Shown: positions 1-7,747 of the stretch, in pieces
Layout of the letters: each line of letters opens with the position of its first letter
Position numbering within the stretch: the first letter of the stretch is position 1
DNA from: Takakia lepidozioides
Lineage: Eukaryota > Plantae > Bryophyta
Direction: 5' to 3'
Length of the DNA stretch: 8,000 nt
Assembly: GCA_030704615.1 (NCBI GenBank)
Contig: JAKLZA010000019.1
Location: 1-8,000, forward strand
The notes under the pieces: generated by a model
The model's database searches: none
Told to the model about the DNA's origin: nothing
What the model saw: only the letters and a program-made list of their open reading frames with translations
Made by a program: the position numbers and the translations under genes

Positions 1-1
1 T

Positions 2-196
2 GTTGATGGCAGAGTTGACCCAAACTTGGCAGTGGTACCTGCAGGTTTGAGGTGCATGCTCTGTGGGTCTGCCAAAAGGGGCAGCCACCATGCTGGTGTG
101 TGATTGATGCTCAAAGGGTTGGCATGGGGATGCTTGACACCACCTCTTGAGAAGGTTCCTGACGGAGATTGGTTGTGTCCACACTGCTTGGGATAG
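2..196 (+). pseudogene. Degenerate PHD finger (C4HC3), probably the C-terminus of an LTR retrotransposon (Ty3/Gypsy-like) polyprotein
   Basis: Manual translation across two frameshifts and one in-frame stop gives VDGRVDPNLAVVPAGLRCMLCGSAK/GAATMLVCD*CSKGWH/GCLTPPLEKVPDGDWLCPHCLG* (TAG 194-196). The CxxC...CDxC...H.C...P.GDW.CPxC pattern is a canonical PHD finger. The retroelement assignment is inferred from the lack of introns and the downstream PPT-TG. Confidence 0.8.
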
Positions 197-740
197 TGGC
201 AGTGGACATGACTGGAGGCAGCTAACAAGACATGGAGGCCAAGCTCATAGGAGTCAATACATGAGATCCCAAGCTTAAGTTCATAGGTTGTAAGACGGCG
301 ACTAACGATGGGGCAACTCCTGCACCCGGCCTCTTGATCTATCGAGTTTGAGTGTAGTAGGGATAGTGGTGGAGGACTTAGTGAGCTATGGTCACTATCA
401 CATCTTGTGGCTACTTGGACTTAGAGGGACCTAAGCACCAGCTAGGGGGCAATTGTGTGGACTAGTGACTACCATAGTGGGCAGCATAGTGGCAGCCTAG
501 TGACTGACTAGTTGTAGCCTAGTGGTTGGACTAGTGGTGGACTAGTGATATACTAGTGTGTGGTGTGCATATGTGTTGTGTGGTTTTTGGACAGCGATGT
601 AGTTGTGTAGCGATATGTATGCGCACGACAGCTGTCAAGTTATTTTACCACTAGTGTGAAACTAGCTAGGAAATAGCTAGCTTTTACATATTGACATTTG
701 GGATTGGCCCAAGTGTCAATCCAGGGGTCAAGACAGATTT

Positions 741-749
741 AGGGGGGAA
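741..749 (+). other. Putative polypurine tract (PPT)
   Basis: AGGGGGGAA immediately 5' of TG, downstream of the retroelement-like ORF end. Confidence 0.5.
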
Positions 750-824
750 TGCTTGCGCGTGAGCCTGGCCTGTGAGCCTGTGAGCCTGTGAGCCTGGCTA
801 GGCTCACGCCACGTCAGCAAGCAT
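749..824. repeat. Imperfect inverted repeat enclosing GTGAGCCT 8-mer tandem copies
   Basis: ATGCTTGC (749-756) pairs with GCAAGCAT (817-824). GCGTGAGCCT (757-766) pairs with AGGCTCACGC (800-809). GTGAGCCT occurs at 759, 772, 780 and 788. Confidence 0.8.
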
Positions 825-835
825 CCACGTGTTCA

Positions 836-960
836 GGCCCTAATTCCGTGCTCCCCCCCCCCCCCCCCCTATTACCGCGGTTCCGTGCTCTCACCCTATT
901 ACCGTGACCCCCCCTTTTACCTATGTCCGTGCTCCCCCCCCCCCCCCCCCTATGTCCTAA
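836..960. repeat. Subterminal-like repeat block with two C17 tracts (possible DNA transposon end)
   Basis: TCCGTGCTC at 845, 882 and 926. C17 runs at 853-869 and 934-950. CCCTATTACCG at 867 and 894. The role as an element end is inferred. Confidence 0.65.
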
Positions 961-1034
961 TTTTCTATCCCTCTTACTGCCCCCACATGAATATTCCTTG
1001 TGGCCGAGAACAATGGCAGGTTTGCGGATGAATT

Positions 1035-1245
1035 TTGTGGGAGATCCTGACTTTGGAATGAGGAGATCCCCACTGAATCTGAAAAGAAAAAATGTTTTTT
1101 GGGCAAAGCAGTACATTCACTCCAACACACAAACATTGTGGGAGATCCTGACTTTGGAATGAGGAGATCGCCCACTACAGAACTGAATCTGAAAAGAAAA
1201 AATGTTTTTTTGGCAAAGCAGTACATTCACTCCAACACACAAACA
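1035..1245. repeat. Direct tandem duplication, 2 units (101 and 110 bp)
   Basis: TTGTGGGAGATCCTGACTTTGGAATGAGGAGATC...CAGTACATTCACTCCAACACACAAACA at 1035-1135 and 1136-1245. The second copy has a small insertion. Confidence 0.95.
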
Positions 1246-1858
1246 TTTTTCAATTCCGCACTCCGAGAAATACCGTAGGCAATCCCTAACTGTACTTACG
1301 GGAACGCGCAGAGAACTTGAAAACAGTATGGGATGGAAGCAAAGCCAAAACACAATTTATTCAGCCTCAGTACTTGAACCGTCAAGAAATATTGGAGGTT
1401 TCAGAGGAACCACTGCCAGAGTTAATAGCAATATCATCTATGAATACAACAGCACATACATGACGTTTTTTTTTTTCCACGACCTTTATGGAGATGCGAA
1501 TACAGTGTTTGTTCGGATAACACCGTGCGCAAGCTTCCGCGTAAACCGGCAAGCGGTTGGATCTAGGGGGACTCGGGGACATTAGTATCCTTGGAATCCG
1601 AAAGGTGTCTGCTGATTCAATGACTGGTGCAGAACTCTGGAAAGGAACAAGAGAAATGGTGGCAGATGTTAACATCCAGATATAGACAATGTTACGCAAT
1701 TTTTTCGAACGGGAACGACACAAGGAAATGCCACATATTTTGAACGACTACAGAAGAACTTACTCACACTCAAAATCGGAGTCCACGTCCAGATCCTCGT
1801 CAGGCGCTTCGGGCTCCTCCAGAAGTCCCTCTTTGGATGGGTAGAAGTAGTGTCCGAC

Positions 1859-2757
1859 TCAAAGCTGACGAAGCTCGCTCGAGAAGAGCTCCGTATCAGC
1901 TTCCATGCCGAAGAAGTGCCTTCCGGCGCTCTTGCAAGCATGAAAACATGCTCCTGCAAATCCAAGAAGAACGAGAAATAAAACAGGGTTTCCCTAAGGT
2001 TACTGCCCATATGTCAATCACAATGTAAAGTGCCCCACCTGTGCCCATAGACAAGTCGACCACTCGTCCACCATGACGGCTGCATGTCTCCACCAAAGTC
2101 TGCATGAAAGCTGGAGATTTCTCCCGTGCACCTCTCCAAGGGACACCAATCGACCTTTTCATAGTTCGACCCGAGTCCACGTAATTGAAGAGAACATCAT
2201 CCTCCATAGGCTCGCAGGTGGGTCAATATGAGCTGCAAGGTCCCTCATCTGGAACTCAGCAACACCAGGAGGAAGAGTGTCCTTCCGCCTCACCACCAGG
2301 CACAAAGCTTCGAACACCCGTGTCTGTCAACAATGAGGAAGAGAGCATGAGACAGAAGGCATAACCCAGCATTTTTATTTACCGAAAAAACAACGAAACA
2401 TGAATTGAAAGAACCAACTCACTTTCTGCCCCGGGAACTCGCCCTTCGTAAGAGGCAGAGTATTGATGCATGTCCAAGTTTTGATGACACGAAACCCGGA
2501 GGCTTTCATGTAGCTGAAAAGAGTTCTTCGGCCGACATGTCCTTTGACTGCATGAGAAGAAGCCCCCGAGTCCGAAAGGAATTTGTTGCTGAACGAGAAA
2601 GCCCACTGCCAATAACGAGAATCCGATTTGTTCCAAGTCGGGGTCGAATTGGAAGGGAACACATCAGGGACAGATAACCGTCAGGAATGTCCAGCACCAC
2701 AAGGTCAGTCGCGTATGCCTGCTGAACTCCATTCACCCATTCCGGTTTTTTTGTCAC
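1859..2757 (-). CDS. Beta-class amino-methyltransferase-like domain (last three exons)
   Basis: Motif order is catalytic-first: DLVVLDIPDG (motif IV-like, DIPD at 2691-2680), then FLSDSG (LkpgG-like), then PWRGAREKSPAFMQTLVETCSRHGGRVVDLSMGTG spliced to ACFHACKSAGRHFFGMEAD. This parallels the HPTxKP...VLDPFxGSGTT..AA...GR.FIG.E consensus of beta-class MTases. Confidence 0.8.
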
Positions 2758-5700
2758 CTACAGGGAAAAACAGGAGACAGTGTAAGAAGCCCAATCCAAA
2801 TCGAGCAGGAGATCAATCCCCTGGAAAAGCCACAACAAGATGCCAAAACACAATTATTCATACAACAGTTTAGACACAAGTGTTTACCTGAGTGAGGAAC
2901 GAAACAAGCATGTCCCATGATTTCGAGGGCACCCCTTTGAATGTGGACTTCCTGGACTCCATCATTGCAAGAAAACTTTCATTCAGCACCCTACGATTGA
3001 ACTGGCCCAAAACCCTGGAGGGATGTTCTCTCGCCTCGTAAGGCTGCTCCCTCGACTTTGATGTTTCTCCTATCCCTCCTTGCGGGAGAAGGCTCTCTGA
3101 CAGGAACCTCTGACGGTCCCTGTCCTTGCGGAGCTGCACTTTTCCCCTTCCCCTTAGGATCCCCGACAGTCTTCCCCTTTCGTTTTGGAGTGGCAGTTCT
3201 CTCGGCTCTTTTGCAGCCAGAGTAGAAATGATTCTGTCCTGAATGTCTTTGTCTGCCAATGGGGCAATCGCTGCGGCATTGTCGTTCAGGTTTCTCAAAA
3301 CAACTTCATCAAATGGTGTGTCCTGTTTTGGCAGGTCGAGGTACCACCCACAGTCTCTGAAGTGCGCCCTGCTCCAGTCTCTGGCAATACCAGCCGTGTA
3401 CATTGTCTTCTCATTGGAGGGGTCAGCCCATGAATAGATGAAGTCTGGGTCATCGCTAAGGTACTTTCCCGGTATGAGGATATGATACATATACCTGAAT
3501 CAAACACCAAAAACCCAGACAGTCAGTCAATCGGAAAATGGAAAAGAACAGACATTCAGAAGAAGATATTGAAATAAAGGAAGGGAACACCTGGTAATCA
3601 ACTTTTGCTGTCCAGAATCAACCTTGCGTTGACGCAATGTTGATTCGAGCAGAATGGGAAACACCTAGTGGTTACGTTGTATTGATAGAGACAACGACTG
3701 ACAAGTGCAATACAACATTGCGTCAACGCAATGTTGTTTTCACTAGATGAAATGGGAACAATGCCTGAAAACCACCATCTGACTATGTACTGCTATGGAT
3801 ATTCAACATTGCGTTGGCGCAATGTTGAATTCCTTTGTTGAAACAAACATCGATAATATATCTGATAATCGAAAGTCTCCTACAATTGCATGGAAGTTGG
3901 GGGATGCACAGGGACATTTCCATCAATCCATACCGCCAAACAACCTTGCGTCAACGCAAGTCTGTTTGTTGGCATAGTGAAAGCTGAAAATAGCATTTGA
4001 AATAGACTCCAAACATTGTTATGTTCAAGTTGGCAGAATTGGATCTGGATTTGAACTGCCCCAAACCAGAGGAAAAGGTACATAGTCTGCGTCTCATCAA
4101 CATTGCGTTGACGCAAGGCTGATTTTCCTGTCCATTCACCCCCATTCACATGCAATAAAACGCCAGTATGGGATACCCAGATATAGGTAAGTGAAACCAG
4201 GACCATGGGAAACAACTTTGCGTCAACGCAATGTTGCTGGACAGCACATTCAGAGCCCCCAGAGATCCCTCAAAGCCATGCAAATTCGCAAATCTGAAAG
4301 TATGACAGAAGATTGCAGATGCATGCCCTTCAAGTACCACAATTGAGTAAGGAGATCACACCTGTACAACACTCGTTTCATTGCTTGCTCGCTGTTCAGC
4401 TGGTTTTTGAACTCGTACGATCTGGAGATTCCTTTGTCTTTTTCAAACTCCCTGAAGAAGCAATTGTTCCAGACAGCGAGCTTCCACCTCCTGATATAGG
4501 CCTCCAGTGTGATCCGGGGGCAAGCCATCTGGATTTTGTAGTCTGCCATCGACTCAGCAAGTGCAGCCACTGCACGTTTTTCTAACTGCAACAAGAAAGC
4601 TTGTAAGAATTTTGGAGAGGTTGGGAGCGGAATTACGGAGCAACACACATGTCTGAAAATGGTTTGGTGGTATCCTTACCTGGCTCCAAAATGTGGCTTT
4701 GTGTAGCCACTGGTCGAATGTCTGGTCGCTTACAACTTTTATTGCTTGTGTCTTCGGGTCTCTCTCTGGAGTTGGAAACATATTCGTGTCTCTCACAAGA
4801 GGATCCGAGTTCCATATCTCCAACCACCTGATTTTCGTTGCATTGTCCACCATTGAAATGGAAAGGCGATGTAGTTTCTCCTGAGTCATTTCTGGCTTGG
4901 AGCCAAACTTGTCATAGTGCACTTTCACCTGCTCCAGAAATTCTGTGCCAAGCCCTGGATCTGCTATCCTGATTTGTTTGTCGAATGCACTCATGAGGTT
5001 CTTCCTTTGATTATTCATCTCGAACTTCATCGTGTCCTCAAGCCCAGATGCAGACCGCTGCTCTTCAGTGTGGGAATCATAGTACTCAGCTTTCGCCTTC
5101 AAGCCAGTTTCTGCTATTTCTTGCTGCATACATTGCAGGTAAAAAGAATGAAACACTGTCATTACTTGTGAGAAAATAGTAACAACAGGTAGTGTCAAGA
5201 AGCTTGCAGTGTCAAAAAGCAAGCAGTGTCAAGAAGCTTACAGTGTACATGTAGTCAAGGAAAGCCTCCCTTGTCAAGCTATACCATGTGCTTGTCTTCT
5301 TCTTCTCAGCACACCTCTTCATCTGCTGTGGACTAAGCACGTTCGTGAATGACTCCAGTGGCATCAGCCCTACCTTCTGGATGCGGAATAGAGTGTGGCA
5401 CAGATTGGTGGTCACATGAGATGTTTCGTTGGACCTGGAAAAACCGTCAACTCATAAGATGATTTCTAATTGTCGAAACGAGGAACAGACACAAAGATGG
5501 AGACTTACTTGTTTATGTCGTGCATGGCTGTCAAGAGCTGCGTGACATGCCCTTTGTGATCCAGAACCATGGAAACCACGCTCCAGTGCCATTCGATGTC
5601 GTCAGAGTGCATGCTTGAAATGTAATCCATCCAGGCAAGCAGTCTGTGGTTCCCATCCCAGACAAAAAACATCTTCCCCATGAATGCTTTTGTGGAGGTC

Positions 5701-6929
5701 TTCTTCGACAGCTTGAACTCGAACTCCCTGTTCACATCCCGCCAGCATTCATCCCAACTTTGCTCAATGTCCTCTGTTACAAGACACTCCTCTCCTTTTG
5801 TGTTCATAGTGGATACGTAGAACACTGCTGATCCCTTCACATAGCCGTGAACAAAGTCGTTCTTCACTTTGTTATCGTTCCTCAATGCCGGTCGAACAGC
5901 GGGCATGGATATCATCCTGCAAAGCGGAATGACCAGGTTTCCGCCGGAACCTCCATCGACAGAATCACCTTCGACGAGTTCACTTTTTGCCCACCCATTA
6001 TCTCCTCGGCCTTGTCTTCATAGTGTCCCTCCAGTGACTCTTCATCACCTTCACCTTCTGAAGCGGCCAAATCTTCCCCCTCGGCTTTCCTTTTTCTTTT
6101 CCTCTGCACAGAATTAATAATCTGTGAGTGTGAGATTGAGCTCCCATGCATCAACCTTGCTTTGACGCAAGGTTGATTGATGGGGAAGTAACTTAGACTG
6201 AAAGGCATACAGGAAATACGTTTGGACCCAAATTATGTTTTGCGTTGACGCAGGGTTGTTTTGGGAGCCTCGAAGAATGAACTTTCCCTACCTTACAGTG
6301 AGGAGAGTGGGATATCGGACGCATCCATTGTGCAAAGATATCATGAAAACCAGCCTTGCGTCAACGCAAGGTTGATTCCTGTGCAGCCTCTGTTGGTTTC
6401 ACTACAAGCTCTAAACATACAATATGCAGGTTGGGATCAACCTTGCGTTGACGCAAGGTTGATTGAGCTGTCTTATCGGGGTTCAGCGAAGCAAAATGTA
6501 CAGTAAATGGAGACTCCTGTCTCTGCTTCCTCTTTGAAATCCATGATGCGTCGGAAGCATCCATGTCTCTCTACCTTGATTGTAGTGCAGTTTCTACACT
6601 GTTTTATGCCCAGCAAAAAAGCATTGAGGTCGACTTCAACCTTGCGTTGACGCAAGGTTGATGTCCACCTCAATGCTTAGCATGAAACCGTACAGATTGT
6701 GGTGCAGTTTCTGCACTGTTTTGAGCCCAGCAAATACACTTTGGAGGTCGACTTCAACCTTGCGTTGACGCAAGGTTGATGTCGTCCTCAATGCTTAGCA
6801 TGAAACAGAGAGAGAAAAAGACAGAAACAGGGAGAGAAAAAGAAAGTTCGTAGCTACCTGGGGTTTCTGCTTTGCACTTGATGATGCTCCTGTCGCGTTC
6901 AATTTTTCCATGCGGTCTTCAGGTAGCAT
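1859..6929 (-). CDS. Multi-exon ParB/Srx-domain plus beta-class N6A/N4C DNA methyltransferase-like fusion protein (~950 aa), frameshifted as given (pseudogene or assembly indels)
   Basis: Phase-compatible GT-AG exon chain read by hand: 6929-6858 (tentative first exon), 6103-5509, 5434-5242, 5123-4680, 4585-4338 (alternative donor after 4362), 3494-2888, 2757-2423, 2323-2039, 1953-1859. The same frame resumes after TGA 1861-1859 with an acidic tail ending at TAA 1762-1760. Short introns are 74-130 nt with pyrimidine-rich acceptors. Frameshifts are needed at ~5943, ~2677, ~2221 and probably ~2563/2523. Confidence 0.8.
3615..4236. repeat. Intronic cluster 1: six copies of a 24-bp palindrome with unique spacers
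   Basis: Cores start at 3619, 3713, 3804, 3941, 4098 and 4213. Consensus CAACMTTGCGT(TG/CA)ACGCAAKGTTG. Gaps between cores are 70, 67, 113, 133 and 91 bp. Confidence 0.95.
5191..5246. repeat. 17-bp tandem repeat x3 at an intron 5' end
   Basis: AGTGTCAAGAAGCTTGC / AGTGTCAAAAAGCAAGC / AGTGTCAAGAAGCTTAC at 5191, 5208 and 5225. Confidence 0.85.
5509..5945 (-). CDS. ParB/Sulfiredoxin-like N-terminal domain (within exon 2)
   Basis: LVIPLCRMISMPAVRPAL...GYVKGSAVFYVS...MFFVWDGNHRLLAW. The hydrophobic-DGxHR-hydrophobic motif matches the ParB/Srx-fold nucleotide-binding signature. It is preceded by RKRKRK (NLS-like, 6103-6086) and an acidic stretch. Confidence 0.75.
6152..6778. repeat. Intronic cluster 2: six copies of the same 24-bp palindrome
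   Basis: Cores start at 6152, 6235 (degenerate left arm), 6351, 6438, 6637 and 6755. Gaps are 59, 92, 63, 175 and 94 bp. Confidence 0.95.
6577..6807. repeat. 118-bp-period tandem duplication containing the last two palindromes
   Basis: GATTGTRGTGCAGTTTCTRCACTGTTTT...GAGGTCGACTTCAACCTTGCGTTGACGCAAGGTTGATGTC...CCTCAATGCTTAGCATGAAAC occurs twice, offset by 118 bp. Confidence 0.9.
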
Positions 6930-7307
6930 GCTTCCAAGGAGGTCGCGATGGTGCGAAACAGGGGGCAGACGGCCGCGTTCCTACGTCCGTTTGTTCTCCC
7001 TGGTCTTTGAAGGCCAGGTTCTGTACACTCACTGCTTCCTCCCGAGCCCAGCTTACTTCCTCCTCATCCCCTCCTTCGATTGCAGGTTGCTCGTCTGTCG
7101 CCTCCTGGATCACTTCAAGACCTTCCTCTCCACACTGCGGTTGCTGTATCCTCTTTTGCCCTGCCTCTTCCTCATCTCGCGGGGTTTCTTCTCCCATTCT
7201 AAGCTCCCGTCTCGCCTTTCTCATCCTCTCCTTAGCGCGTGCCCTTTCCTTGTTTGACGTGAAATACAGTGTTCTTCGACGCCTGCTTCTCCCTCGAAGT
7301 AGGGTCT
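6919..7307 (-). CDS. Basic-then-acidic low-complexity ORF; separate small gene or frameshifted 5' exon of the ParB-MTase gene
   Basis: Open frame RGRSRRRRTLYFTSNKERARAKERMRKARRELRMGEETPRDEEE... with strong purine (GA) bias on the minus strand and a candidate acceptor TTCCGCAG ending at 7308. No recognisable domain. Confidence 0.45.
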
Positions 7308-7488
7308 CTGCGGAATCCAGGGTTGCAAAGAAAATGAGTTACTCAGGCAAAAACACTATCTGAGGTTCATCGCGGGGCCTTCAACGCCAAGATGTTCGCT
7401 CGGACCGTTCAGTGCGCCACCGACTCAATCCACATGCATGGCGAACACGTGTCTATGTAGTCGTTATGTAAAACGGCCGGAATTATTG

Positions 7489-7646
7489 AAACATCATCCT
7501 TCCAAAAATGTAATCGGGTATCTCTACCCCTATGTTTAACGGCGGAGATCAATGAATCATCATCCTTACAAAATTCGTTGGGGTCTAACCCTATGTTTAA
7601 CGACAGATATCATTCAAACATCATCCATCCAAAAATCGTTAGGGTG
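7489..7646. repeat. Imperfect ~61-66-bp tandem repeat (about 2.5 units) in the intergenic/putative promoter region
   Basis: CATCATCC at 7492, 7558 and 7619. CCCTATGTTTAACG at 7528 and 7589. Confidence 0.75.
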
Positions 7647-7747
7647 TAATCGACTCTCATCTGAAAAAATTCATTGTTGGGTAATTTAGGGTGGAATGTT
7701 CCAGAGGAATGAGAATTATATTCAGTTGTGCAGCGGTGCAGTCGCCG

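Larger units (their letters stand above)
1..835 (+). mobile_element. 3' part of a decayed LTR retrotransposon (PHD remnant, 3' UTR, PPT, start of 3' LTR), truncated or interrupted near 836
   Basis: PHD pseudo-ORF, then an ACTAGTG-rich low-complexity region (~460-560), then purine tract AGGGGGGAA (741-749) followed directly by TG (750-751). Sequence character changes abruptly at ~836. Confidence 0.55.

Noticed and set aside
790-840. Helitron 3' end (hairpin plus CTRR) on the minus strand
   Set aside because: CTAG at 798-801 is not followed by the expected T on the minus strand and lies inside the putative LTR hairpin. No convincing canonical terminus was found.
814-1353. ORFs 814-1116, 923-1162, 957-1226 and 1117-1353 (poly-Gly/poly-Pro)
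   Set aside because: They arise from the C17 tracts and the tandem duplication, and have no domain-like features.
3795-4215. Small ORFs with recurring QPCVNA/STLRQR peptides (also at 6261-6673)
   Set aside because: These are translations of the 24-bp palindrome inside introns, not a protein repeat.
5917-5969. Possible short intron AAG|GTGATT...TTTGCAG to explain the frame change before the ParB domain
   Set aside because: Splicing it lands in the wrong frame and removes LVIPLCR. A single-base indel explains the data better.
1859-6103. Bacterial or phage contamination as the source of the ParB-MTase
   Set aside because: The gene has multiple canonical GT-AG introns with polypyrimidine tracts and sits next to a eukaryotic PHD-bearing retroelement remnant.
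3615-6778. CRISPR array interpretation of the palindromic repeats with unique spacers
   Set aside because: Spacers are long and irregular (59-175 bp), repeat orientation is mixed, the copies lie in spliceosomal introns, and no cas-like ORF is present.
1837-7363. Plus-strand ORFs in the track (e.g. 2405-2677, 4917-5171, 6872-7363)
   Set aside because: They are antisense shadows of minus-strand exons with no recognisable motifs.
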